59,014 bases of DNA. Origin: Amoebophrya sp. A120 (taxonomy: Eukaryota > Protista > Dinoflagellata). Below are positions 1 to 12,177 of this stretch, one piece after another; position 1 is the stretch's first letter, and the number at the start of each line of letters is the position of its first letter. The notes beneath the pieces were generated by a model. It had not been told where the DNA came from and made no database searches. It saw nothing but the letters and a program-made list of their open reading frames with translations. The position numbers were made by a program, and so were the translations under genes. Location: positions 1,458,467-1,517,480 of the forward strand of contig CAJINV010000004.1 in the NCBI GenBank assembly GCA_905178155.1, read 5' to 3'.

Positions 1-252
1 TATCAAATGTAAAAATGTCTGGGTCTGGAAACTTGTGATGCTGGGCGGCGCATCATGATGAGGCTCCAAATGCTGGCTCAGCATGACAAGTTTCTGAGCT
101 CCTCGGTGTTGCCTATTCCGCATGACAAACTGCGCTTCTGCATCACAGAAAAGCGGAGCTCTTGGGTAACGTGCATGACAGATTTAACAGTCATGCCAGA
201 CAAGCATGACAAACATGAATTCTTCCAGACCCAGACATTTTTACATTTGATA
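1..252. mobile_element. Introner family A (TIR TATCAAATGYAAAAATGTCTGGGTCTGGAA)
   Basis: About 30-bp TIRs; left TSD lies outside the window. Confidence 0.9.
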
Positions 253-3200
253 CGACGACCAGCAGTACCACTACGACCTATGAAATGCAAAAATGTCTGG
301 GTCTGGAAGATTGCAACTTGTCATGGTAAATCTGAATCATGCAAAAATCTGTGTTGCATGAGTGCCAAAAGCTGTACACTTTTGACCAAGTTGAAAGGGA
401 GTTTCTCATGCAGGATAGGCATGGCAGAGACCTCGCAGAGTCTGTCATGCCAAGTCCCGCATTCCAGACCTCATGGGTAATGGAAAATCTGCATGACAAG
501 CCTACACTTTTCCAGACCCAGACACTTTTGCATTTGATACGACCACCACAAGTACTATAACCTCAACCAGCACGATCACGACCACTTCTACTCTAACGAC
601 GACTACAACCACGACGAGTACAACCACTGTCAGTACAACCACGACAACAACCTCGACGTCGACAAGCACGACGACCGTTACAACGACTACAGCCACGACC
701 ACGACAATGACCTCGACAACCACGACCGCCACGACAACCACTACAACCGGAACTTCCACGACCACCACCTTTACTACCACTAGCACGGTAACGACGAGCA
801 GCACAACTACGACGACGTCCACTGTGACTACGACGGTAACCTCCACGACGACAACCGTCACCAGCACGACAATTACCAGTACCAGTACAACTACTTCTAC
901 GAGTAGTACTAGTAGTACAACGACGAGTAGTACAACTAGCACGACGACAGAAACCTCGACAACGACAACGACCTCAACAGTCACAACAACCACAACAGTC
1001 ACGACCTCCACGACGACGACGACGTTTACCACAACCGCTACCACGACGTCCACGGTGGCGGCGATTCTCCAAAAGGTCGTGCCGGAGACTCTGACCGCGA
1101 AGAAGGTGAAGGCACGGGTGACTTTGTCCATGACCCTCCCGGTCGGCACAACCGGGGCGGAGCTCCTGCAGAATCCGGAGATCGTGGGCAGCTTCAAGCA
1201 GGGTTTCAGTTGGCAGTACGAAGTGCCGGTCCGTGACGTGGAGATTGTGTCTTTTGACGTCACGCCGATGCCGGCCTCTGGCGGCCAGGGGACGACTCGT
1301 AGAAGAAGTGTGCGAACAAGGATGTTGACCACATCATATCAAATGTAAAAATGTCTGGGTCTGGAAGGGTTGGAGCTTGTGATGCAAACTCTGGAACACA
1401 CAAAAACTTGTATTGCATGAGCGCCAAAAGCTGTCCATTTCTTGGCACGCAAGTAGGAAGTTTCTCATGCGGGAGAGGCATCATGAGGCGTGCTCAAAAG
1501 CTGTGATGCTTTTGCCTGCATCAGACGCCATTTGCGTGATCCGAAATATGCATGACAAATCCCGCAATCTTCCAGACCCAGACACTTTTACATTTGATAC
1601 ATCAACCGCTAGTACAATTTCTCCGCAGACGAAGAAGATCTTCACAGCATCAACTCTTGAACTTTCCGAAACGGAACAAGAAGAAGTTCTCGACCAACAA
1701 GAAGGGCGCAAGATCAACAATTTGATCGACAGGCGAAGATCATTGCAAGGGGCGTCTTCGCAAATTATGCAGGTGATTTGCACGTACGCGATTTTCACAA
1801 ACGATCCTTATCAAATGCAAATATGTCTGGGTCTGGAAGAGTGTAACTTGTCATGCTACATCTGGATCGTGGAAAAATTTGTGTTGCATGATTACCAAAA
1901 GAGGTCCACTTTTGAACAAGTTTAGAGTCAGTTTCTCATGCAGGAAAGGCATGGTAGAGATCTCTCAGAGCCTGTCATGCTAGGCAGTGCATGCCAGACC
2001 GCGTGGGTCATGGAAAACCTGCATGACAAACTTGCATTCTTCCAGACCCAGACACTTTTCCATTGGATAAGCCTGCAGGGATGGCGACGAAGATGGGGAC
2101 CGCGACGGCCGGGTCCATGATGGGGTTCATGACCACCGCGCTCCAGACGGTGACGTCGTTGCCGGGGCTGTCGTTGTATGAAATGCAAAACTATCGTACT
2201 AGTAGAAATTGCATGACAAATATCCTTAGCATGACAAACGGAATTTGTCATGCTGTTTTAGCTTCGGAGGGAGATTTGTCATGCGTAATTGCGATTACTA
2301 CGAGTGCGATTTTTTTGCACGGGATACGTTGAACGGCGTTCTGGCCATGGTGTCCGCGGACTGCAGTACGGTGTTGGATGAGAAGCGGTGTCCGGACGGG
2401 TTGAAGGACGTGTGTGCGCAGGAGTGCTCCTTCCTGCAGTCCGGGGTCACGGTCGCGGAGCCGATCGGCGGGAATCTCGTTCCGGTGGCCGAACCCGCGG
2501 GGCAGGATATGACTTGCTCAAACGTCACAACCTCAAGCGTTACACTAGAATCTGGAATTTGTCTAGCATGATGGGCACGACAGACTCGCACAGCGTTCCA
2601 GCTTTTGCAATACAAATTTCGCCAGAATGTAGTCGGGTTTGGAGCTCCGGAACTTGTCATGCGCAACCCTATGACAGTTGGCTGGATCATGCTTATCATG
2701 CAAGACAAATCTCAGATTCTATTGTAACGTTTGAGATTGTAACACCTGAGCGGGTTATACAGGAGTCCACCAACGTCGACCCCGATGCGGTCTTGATTAG
2801 TTCTTTAGGCGAGAACGCGGGCCAAGACGGCACAGACGAAAATCTAGACGGTTCTGGGTCGGCGGACACAAATCTGAAAGTGCAAGAAACGCAGGCCGCG
2901 GGGCTGGGATCATCGGACGACGTCGGGGGGGAGTTTTGGGTTTTGGTGCTGATCGTCGCCATTCCGGGCGGGTTGCTGGCACTGTACGGGTTTGATGCGG
3001 CATTGTCCAAGTATAGTAGCTGGTACCGAAAAAACTGTACGGAAAGAAGGAAAAAAGCAGCGTTGCTGCCCAGCTACTGGCTATCGACGTGGTCCGACCG
3101 GGGAGGCTCCTCGTCGGCGGAAGACCGCCGGAGAGCGGCGGCAGGCGCAGCGTCCGGAACTCCCGGTCGGCCGACCGCCAACACCACGCGGGCGCGGCGG

Positions 3201-4503
3201 CGCGCGGCCGCCGAGGCGGCGGCGGCCGAGGAGCGCGCTCGGGCGGACAGGGACCGGTTATGCATTGCAAAAATGACTGGGTCTGGAATAAACTTGTGAT
3301 GCTAAAATGTGGATGATGGAAACAGCTCCGAATGCAACACAGCATGACAACTTTTCAGAACACTTTCTCATAGGAAATCCGCATGAGAAACTGCGTTTTT
3401 GCATGTACAAAAGAGGCTGCGACTTTTGTTGGCTATGCAATACAGATTTATTCCCAGGTGTGGAGAGCTAGCATGACAACTTGCTACCTTCGAGACCCAG
3501 ACACTTTTGCATTTGATACCGCTTCGAGATGAACGACAGCGAACAGTTATCGAGTCCGCGGTCAACTTTGTCAAGCGGAAGTGCAAGCGGCAGTGGCGGT
3601 GGTCCGCCGCCGCGGTTGGTCGTGACCGGGCAGCCGGTCATCGGTCCGGGCAGCGTGAGCCAGATGAACAGCCAGAATTACATCCCAACTGGGTACATCA
3701 AAGAGCAGAATGGGCAATTTTCACCAGGAGTAACAACAACGTCCTCCCATGGCGTTCCGATTTTCACGGCCCAGGGGGTCCCGGCCCGCGTGTACCACCC
3801 AGGGATGGGTCCGCCGCCGGTGGCGCCCCAGCCCGGACCGGCGCCCGGGGACGGTCAGCGACCCGACTTCGCGGGCCGGCGGCTGCGGCAGGCCGCCACC
3901 ACGGAGGCCGCCAATGATCGGATGAACAACCGGCCCAACACGAGCTCGCGTCGCTACTACCACGCCACGTTTCTGGAGCCGGGGGACGAATTTGACCCGT
4001 TTGAGTCCGTGCGGGTGGAGGGGCGGTGGCGGGATTTGCAGAACGAAAAAACGAGAACTTCTGCTGCGGCAGTGGATCAACAGCAGCAGCAAGAACAGCA
4101 GCAGCGGCAGCAGAACAACACTTCTATGAACGACGACATAGAAAACTTAAACGACGAAGATTTGAACAGCGTGAATGGTACTCCGGAATCGCAGTGGAGC
4201 GAAGACACGACAGAGATGTTGCATTTTGCGCAGCAATCGTCCAACCCCGGGAGGGGAGGAGGAGGGACTGCTACCAGTGGTGCAACAGGAACTTCTTCGT
4301 CTGGCGTTGGTGGTCCTTCGCCTCCTTCCTCTAGTACGGGGATGAATTCTAACCCGCACAGCAGAAGAGATCCCGCGCGACGTACTACGCCCGGCAGTAG
4401 AAGTACTAGAGCAGCAACTAATAGTAGTACCCACGACCCGATGACTCCCCCTGACTCCCCCACGCCAAATGGAGGCAACCGCCCAGGTCCTAATTTTGTT
4501 TGA
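1..4503 (+). CDS. Thr/Ser-rich mucin-like single-pass membrane protein, 5'-partial, interrupted by 7 introners
   Basis: Poly-Thr tract 539-1060, hydrophobic segment FWVLVLIVAIPGGLLALYGF near 2935-2995, low-complexity tail to stop at 4503. Frame is continuous after removing each element plus one 5-nt repeat (TTS|TAS, NDP|AGM, LSL|NGV, GQE|STN, DRF|EMN). Confidence 0.8.
279..539. mobile_element. Introner family A
   Basis: TIRs, TSD CGACC/CGACC. Confidence 0.92.
1337..1599. mobile_element. Introner family A
   Basis: TIRs, TSD CATCA/CATCA. Confidence 0.92.
1809..2069. mobile_element. Introner family A
   Basis: TIRs, TSD ATCCT/AGCCT. Confidence 0.9.
2177..2326. mobile_element. Introner family G (TATG-ATGCAAAA-ATCGTA)
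   Basis: Imperfect TIRs, TSD CGTTG/CGTTG, frame restored. Confidence 0.85.
2508..2759. mobile_element. Introner family C (TATGACTTGCTCA...GAGCGGGTTATA)
   Basis: About 50-bp imperfect TIRs, TSD CAGGA/CAGGA. Confidence 0.9.
3259..3518. mobile_element. Introner family A
   Basis: TIRs, TSD CCGGT/CCGCT. Confidence 0.88.
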
Positions 4504-5585
4504 AATGGACGCGCAAAAATTCGACAATAGTCATTGAACGAATTTACACGCACAAGCTGCAAGTACAAGTACGTATCTACGTATACAAGTGTAAAGCTAG
4601 ATGCAGGTACTGACGACGAAGAGGGCACTAGCGGTGAAACTCGAAACGTCCTCTCAGAGAAGGCAATCATCTACCCCATTTTCCTTCCCGAACTCTGTTT
4701 CGTTTGCGCATGATCCTCGCCTACGCACGCTAAGAAGTACATAGAAGCAGTGAAATGAAATTTTGAAGTAGAGTAACCACAGATAGTACGAAGACCTGCG
4801 GATAGATTCGTAGTGGATAAGGATGTAAAATGCACAGGTGTAGGTTGTTTTGCTGGGCTTGAAAAAAGCTCGACAAAGACAAAGCTTTCTCCTCAACTGT
4901 AGGCAAAATCTTACAGGAGCGCCTTCTGCTGCGGCTCGGAATGAGGAAGTGCTTACGTTCACTGCAGGATCGCATCAGGAAAGTCAAATCCTTACGAAGC
5001 TAGACTCGTGTCGTTCTTTCGTGGCATGAACAAAACAGGAAGACTTTATGGTTGTTCGTACAGTGAAAGGATCGTGAAAAAACAAAAGGATAGTGTAGTG
5101 ACACGTTCAGCGTATTCTTGCGTATTTTTCATCGTCTGCTGGAGAAGATATTGGGCGTCGTGCGAATACTAGTGGATGAATGAAACAGGTCGTGCTCCTG
5201 TTGAATTACGTACTTGACGTCGTGATGATGCTCGTAGTACATCAAGAAAAAGTAGCTAAAAGAGATATGCGGGACATTGTAAAGGTGTCCCCCCAAGAAC
5301 TCCTTTGTCGGAATAAGAAGTAGATTCGCTGATGGTGCAAGATGAACAAATGCAAGTGTTTACTCACTGCCTTCGTAGAAAGAAAACTTTTTGCTCCATC
5401 GTCTCTTCTCTCGGATTGGCCGTGCAGGATTTCAGCTCAAAAGTAGGGAAAAACGTGCGTCTTGCGGATTTTAGTTTTACTCTACGAATTTACTGAATAA
5501 TAACAGTTCCCAAATTTTTGTTGTTTTTTTTCCTCGGTCTGTTCTGCGAAGGGCACGACACAACATACAACTAGTCAGGTTGATT

Positions 5586-5864
5586 TATCCTGAGTAAAAA
5601 CGTACCCACGCCAGAGTTGTAATGCAGATCTGCAAAGACAGGAAGACTCGTAATGCGCATCCGCATGAGAGCCATTTCCAGTCGTGTTTTGGAATTTGTG
5701 ATGCTGTGAACAGGAAGAGCAGATGAATCTGTGACGCGGCTGCACTTGCTAACCTGCACTACGCTGCATAGTGCAACTTGTCATGCGTGACTCACAAGAC
5801 TCCTAGGTTTGTGTTGCAAAATCCCCATGCTGGCTATGGTGTGGGTACGTTTTTACTCAGGATA
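5586..5864. mobile_element. Family B element (TIR TATCCTGAGTAAAAACGTACCCAC), apparently non-coding location
   Basis: Perfect 24-bp TIR, TSD TGATT/TGATT; reverse complement of the copy at 51766-52044. Confidence 0.92.
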
Positions 5865-6604
5865 TGATTTAGTAGGGAATCAGTTAGCAACACCACCTAA
5901 TCATCAAGGGTTCGAAAACAAAAGGACCAAGATGTGGAAAAAAGTCGCCATTGTCGCCGTCGTCAACTTATCCACTGCAAACATGTCAGGTTCAGTTGAG
6001 TAGCACGCATCGTCACTATGCACAAGCAGTCTCTACAATACTGGAAACATGGCATGAAATTTTTGGTAACAACGCACAACCAACAAAAGGAGAAACTCTC
6101 GGCCATTTATTCAGGATCGATACTGTTACTGATGCTGATGCGTTTGCAGTTGATATGTCGGGGGGGGGGTGCCTCCGAGGTGCAGCGGAAAAAGAAGAAG
6201 CAGGAAGCTGCGACTCGTGTTCAGCGCGGCAGGCTCTCGCTTTCGTCTCGGAAGGCCTACATACCCGAAGATGAGAGAAATATCCTTCAAACGTAACACT
6301 GGCCCACCACAAAGTCAAGACGAAGAGATGTGTTCGATTAGGTGTAGAAGTTCAAGCTTTATGCAGATGCCACAACTTTTACTTTTAGCACCGAACCCGA
6401 ACCCGAAGTGAACAGCCAGCCCTGATTGGCAAGCACGATCGCATCATAAAGCAACTCGGTCGATGTGAATACAGCATGACAAACTTGCAAATGCAAACCC
6501 AATGTATCTACAAAACTACACTCTTTGTCGATATCGCCGGAGACGCACAGCACACACGCTCTGACATGACCAGATCTGCGTGACAAACTTCCTTTGATTT
6601 TGCG

Positions 6605-7174
6605 GTGAGGAGGTTGATTGCAAACGGTATAAACAACGTTGGGTGTGTGGCGAGCGACTGGATGAGAAAGCACTGCTTCACGACTGTGTGGGTGGACGAT
6701 CATCCGTGGCCGCTACCGGGTCGCCACCAGGAGTTTGCTGTGTTGTCCAATTCTCCTGCCTGGAACCCCATGTGTGATCGCTGCTTGCTCGATGATGGGT
6801 CGGCACTGCGGTGCAGCAAGAAAGTGGCCAGTCCCGGGCAATGTGACAAAATCCGGACTACTTCTGCAAACACACCGACAACAGAATGGAGCATTCGGTG
6901 CTGTCCTATCACAAAAAACAACATCACCATCACGCAAGAGAATTCGTATTCAAAAAGCATTTGCAGCATGTGCCGACTTGATGTTGCGGACAAAAGCAAA
7001 ACAAAAGTGCTAGATTCAATTTCCAGGCACTTTATTTCGAAAGTACTTTCACCAATGTTAAAGGGCCTTCACCGGGATGCGGTGGTGAGCCTGCTTATGC
7101 CCGCGGCTGCTTATGTCCATTTCCAATTCCAAGATCTGTTTTGCTCAGCAACGCCGCGACACAAAAGATCCTAG
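6605..7174 (+). CDS. Possible Cys-rich hypothetical ORF or relic
   Basis: 189 aa with several CxxC motifs, non-ATG start; no recognisable family. Confidence 0.2.
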   Translation: MRRLIANGINNVGCVASDWMRKHCFTTVWVDDHPWPLPGRHQEFAVLSNSPAWNPMCDRCLLDDGSALRCSKKVASPGQCDKIRTTSANTPTTEWSIRCCPITKNNITITQENSYSKSICSMCRLDVADKSKTKVLDSISRHFISKVLSPMLKGLHRDAVVSLLMPAAAYVHFQFQDLFCSATPRHKRS

Positions 7175-8639
7175 AGATCCGATACTTGAATTCGTAAAAA
7201 AAGTATGGTAGCTTTTTATGTAACTCTATTCCACGAATGAAAATCATTCTGCAATTGCAAATCTTAACTTTTCACTTTAATGTCGGCCGGCCCTCAGCTC
7301 AGCGAAACGGTTCAGCTGCATATGGTCTGGTGGTGATGTTTTTCATTGGATATGTAAGTGGCACGATCCCGTGCTTCCATCAGACGCAGTCACCAGAAGT
7401 GACTGAACCGGCGAGGGTGCATTCTTCAGAATTGATCGGGGAAGGGGTCCTGTTTCGCGATCACAGAGAAAGAAGTCGAAGCTAGAAGACCCGATCAATC
7501 TGAGTGTTTTTTTTTCCTGATTTCTCTCAATCACGTGCATCATGTGGTTCCGCTTTCTTTCTGCAGAAACATCAAGAAGGTACTTCAAATCCGTGCAAGT
7601 CTTTTTTTGAATTTCAACGTTAATGTTTCCCTTTCAATATTCTTTAAACTGTGAATCGGAACTGTAGATAACAGGACCGAGAAGAGTTCAAACATGCTGT
7701 ACTGAGAGCGACCTCTATACGAGATAGCTTCCTGTTCTTTTCCCGGTGTAATCAGGAAGTGCAGTTTTTGTTTTCCGCGTACCCTCTAGACACAAACTCT
7801 TTCTGAGTCGGAGGATATTACACATGTTTGAATATTATCCGCAGGAGGGCCGCAAGGTGGGGCCTCAGCGATGGGGTGGTCATGATACAAATACAAAATT
7901 TCAAGCACAGCGACAGGAAGCAAGTCGTAGTGCAAAGTTTGCAATACATGTTGCTGGACCTCCTTCATGACGAGGAAAACACGTTAAAACATTTGATTTT
8001 CTTCTTTCTCTTCGATCGTTTTTATTTCAGTACACTTTTCATCTTTTTAACAGCTACGCATATTTTAATCGTTTTACTTCCGCATGTTTTACTTCCGCTC
8101 ACGTTAATCAAGTTCCACTCACTTCCCTCCGGGATTTTGCAAGACAACCTTTTTTTGACTTTCCACATTCAATATCAATTTCAACTAGTTACATACTTTC
8201 ACATGTTCTTTTCATCTCACAACGGCTCCACACAATGTATTGCCCGCTCTGAACAACTATTTTTGCAGCTACCCACCTGCCCGAAGATATCTGTAGAACT
8301 TGCTCGACCCGCTGTCAGTTTGGACTCACACGTCATTGGGAAAAATAAAAGCTCATTAGAACAAATAAAGTTAATTGCAAGAATCATGTGACAACTACCA
8401 AAACCAGACCTGCATATAGATTCATGTATCCCGTCGAATTTGTCGCATCCCGACCGATTTGTGCTTTTTCACAACGTCTTTTCATGGGAATAAAAGCAAA
8501 AACCACGGAACCTCGGTCGTTGGGCCACCAGCTGGACGAGGAGACGTATGAACAATCGAAAAGACCCCAAGTCGCCTCGATACCCCAGCCCCAAGTTGCT
8601 CCAAGTCCTCCATGCAAACCCAAACGCATAGTCATAAAA

Positions 8640-8770
8640 TTACACATAGAAAAAAACAAAAAAAATTACATATAGAAAAAAACAAAAAAAATTACATATA
8701 GAAAAAAACAAAAAAAATTACATATGGAAAAACACAAAAAAACTGCATGTGTAAAAACACAAAAAAAAAT
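8640..8770. repeat. 26-bp A-rich tandem repeat
   Basis: TTACATATAGAAAAAAACAAAAAAAA about 4 times, decaying. Confidence 0.8.
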
Positions 8771-9884
8771 CCACGGTATTGTGAAACGCAAAAAAGTCCG
8801 CGGTTTGTTCATTTCGTCGTTGTTTATTTCGTCGTTGAGGACGGATACTACTTGAAATTCAATCAAAAACCCTGTGATCGCGGAGAAGCACAAGTGTGCC
8901 AGGGTGTTTTGCTGAGCTTGAAAAAAGCTCGACAAAGCTTTGTCCTCTATTGTTGGCAAAATTTTATTTCCCACAGGAGCTTCTTCTACGGTTTGGAATG
9001 AGGAAGATGCAGAATTGCTTGACTTTCCATGCAGGATCGCATCATGAAATGCAACTTTTATTGAAAGCCGTAGCCGTTGCCGTACTCGCAAACTCCTCGT
9101 CCTATACGTATTCATGGCTGTTCGTACTCGAGTTAAGTGGTGCGACACGACGTACGAGATAAGAACAATGCCTCGTTTTTCTATTTCCGTGAAGGTGATG
9201 AGAGTGTCTCTAGTTATTCGGTCCGTAATTTCAGCTTACTCTGCCCCGTGTGGAGGACGAGAGACGTGCTGCAGAGGTACTTGTAAGCACTACTCACCGT
9301 ACAGCAGAACGTACACAGAGTCGTATCTCTCGTGCACAAATTGTTCAAAGCTACGTGATCATTCGTGCAACCTCAAGAAAGAGCGGTGAGATACGGAACA
9401 AAGCGGGCCAACAGAGCACGCTAGTGTCACCAGTTGTTGTCACGAGAGAGGCAAGGTGAATTTCACTCTATTGCGCAAACGAAAAACATTGAAACAGAGC
9501 TAATATAGAAGAGCTTGATATACAACCCGGAACCCGTCCTATTGTGAGTACCACGGCCAAGTAGTGCAAGAATCTGCTAGTAAGAAAAAGACCCCCTAGA
9601 AGCTGGAACACCTTCGCACAAGCGAGTAAGCGACTTCGTCGTGTGTGAAGGTGTTTCTGACCCTTCTCAGAACTTGTTGCGGGTGGTAGTAGGCAAGTAG
9701 TTAGACGATTCTCCATGTAATTTTCACTCGTTTCAAGTAGAATTAGAGCATGTTCATCTTGAGCACAGAAATTCACTCCCATTGCAGTGCCATTTCTGCT
9801 TAATAATTGTCAGTACACGAAGAACAGCATCGTGCATAAAAAACGTAAAGCTCCTGCAAGGTAATTACTATCGGAAGGCGAACC

Positions 9885-10845
9885 ATGAGTATACCTTCTT
9901 GGGGGACGCTTTCTGTGGACGCCAATGGGGCTATCGTGCGGTCGGAACAGGTAAAAATTCATTTGTCATTCACATCCACGAAGTTGCAGTTCCAGTTGCT
10001 TCTCAATACTGTCGCCTTTCTGTCGTGTAGGACTACGAGCATAAGCATCACAAAAAGAACTGCAGTTTTGTTCTTTTGTATGACAAATAAAACTAAAGCA
10101 GGCCGAGCGCAATGCCATGGTGCAGTTGACCCAGCTGAAGTTTCCGGACGAGGACCAACAGCCCACCCTGCCGCGCAATGCAAGCCAGCGCCAAACACCG
10201 CCCACTTTGCTGGCGTACCCCGGGAACGCACCCTTAGGCGCTGCTGGGAACAGGCAACAGGTCTGGCGGGAGCAACCGGGCAAGGACATCCCCGCGACGG
10301 CCGTGTCGCCGAAAAGGAGAAGTCAGAACAAAGTGATCGGGATGTCCGGTACTAGTCCTCCGACGTCGTTAGGAGCGGCAATACAGCAGAACAACAAGAA
10401 CTCAACGTCTACTTCACCAGTGTTTAACACAAGTAATACAACCACCTCCATACTAACAGGAACAAGTCCACCGGCGGGCCCGGCGGCCGCATTGAATGCG
10501 CTGAACGAGAGAGGGAATATGCAGGAGCAGAGTTGTGGCACGATAGCGCAACAACAGCACAACTCCATGTCTTCCACCTCGCCCGTGGCGGCCGCGGGCG
10601 GTAGTGGTGGTGTTTACTACAGCAGTACCGGAACAATGTTGGCCGCGGGGGCAGCTGCAACTAGCGGAACTACTGGTGCCGCGACGGTCTTTCATCAACA
10701 AAACCTCCCAGAACAGCAATTTATTTCCGACTCTTCTTCCGCGTCGCCCCCCCTGCCGAAAGAGCGCCAGGGTTTCTCTTCCCGCCTGGCGCGCAAGATG
10801 CGCAGCGAGGGAAACTTCGGAAATTTTCTGCAAAATTACAAATAG
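9885..10845 (+). CDS. Hypothetical low-complexity protein, 2 exons, canonical intron 9951-10101
   Basis: MSIPSW...RSEQ|AERNAMVQL join in frame through GT...CAG; stop at 10845. Confidence 0.7.
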
Positions 10846-12177
10846 GATAGCAGCGTAGGTTGTCGAGGAGTTTTATTTCTTTTAATGGTCTTTTTGCTCT
10901 CCTCCGAAAGAGTAAAAGTAATCTTTGAAATTAGAAATAGAATAAGAGCCCCCTTTTTTGCTGCTTCTTCTACCCAGAAGATGGTCAGTTCTTCAGGTAC
11001 CCGCCCCCATGAAATAATTCATTCTTATTCCTCCACCGTCGTGTGCTGCAGTGCAGCTCACTCTTCTACTTACTGCTCGCCCGAAGCAAATATTGGAAGG
11101 GCAAAAGGCCGAGCGACTTTTCGGACCGACGTAAAAAGAGCCCCTTGTTCAGACACAGCAATCGCAAGCGCAAGAAAACAACACTCATACGAAATACAAG
11201 TTTCGGCATCGGCTCGATTCTTGTTTCTGCTTCCCGCGCCTGGAAAGCATAAGCAAGAACGGGCAAATTCTGATTGCAGACATTTTATTTTGCTGAATAC
11301 TAGTAGTCACGTTCAAGACATCTATCTTCGAATCGCGCGAGTATATAAAATCCTGTCTCGGAGGAGACGATCGCGGGGGTGCGATATGCGTCACTGCAAA
11401 TGGTCGGGTTCTTCGTCTCAGAAGTGAAGTCGTTCGGTCTGCCACGGCTGTTCGCCTCTTGCTTTTTTGACAATTTGGATTTGGACGTCTTTGGTTCCGT
11501 CTTCACGACGGGAACCAGATTCATTCCTGTGGCATGAAGAGAAGCTAGTATTGATTCGGGGAAGTAAGTAGTTGTAAACGTCGTAAGCTCGTGAGTTGAG
11601 GATGTGAGACGAGAGAAGATGAAGGTTTCGAAAGTAATATAACAAACGCGATCCTCACAACTGACACTGAGTAAACGTGTACAGCACACGACCAGTCGCA
11701 CTGATGTCTACAAGTGGTCCTTAATGTATCACTACATCCGAAGTAGAATTTTTTTAAACGTTTTATTGAAATTTTTGTTGGACGACCACAATCTTCGTCG
11801 CGCCTGTTATGTGCTGCAAGCGCCTTCTTTATAGTTTTATCCAACGCGAAGCGGAGTAGATTTATTCGACAACTTTTGCTTCAGGCGACACGAGCTAGCA
11901 CGACGGAATGCAAGACTCACCTGTATCACTTTTTCCTAGTTCTGCTTAGTCACTTTCCTAATCGACGATAAGAGAACTTGTCCTCGCAATAAGGTCTTCG
12001 CAATAGGTAGGAGGCCGACGAGGTTGTAGCTCATGTGCAAGCTGCCATAGTGCAGAATGACAATCGTCAAGATGAAGTGTCTTTGATTTGTTTTCAAATA
12101 TCATTGCAGTGCCACCTGCTGTGTAGCAAGTCGCAATAGAAGAGTATCAGAAGCAGAAAATTTAAATTTTCATCAAA

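Noticed and set aside
279-539. TA dinucleotide as a Tc1/mariner-type TSD
   Set aside because: A separate 5-nt duplication lies outside the TA on both sides, and leaving one TA breaks the frame, so TA belongs to the TIR.
502-1332. Minus-strand poly-Val ORF
   Set aside because: Antisense shadow of the ACN Thr-codon tract.
7786-9782. Short ORFs in AT-rich intergenic DNA
   Set aside because: No motifs, mostly non-ATG starts, composition unlike the GC-rich host exons.
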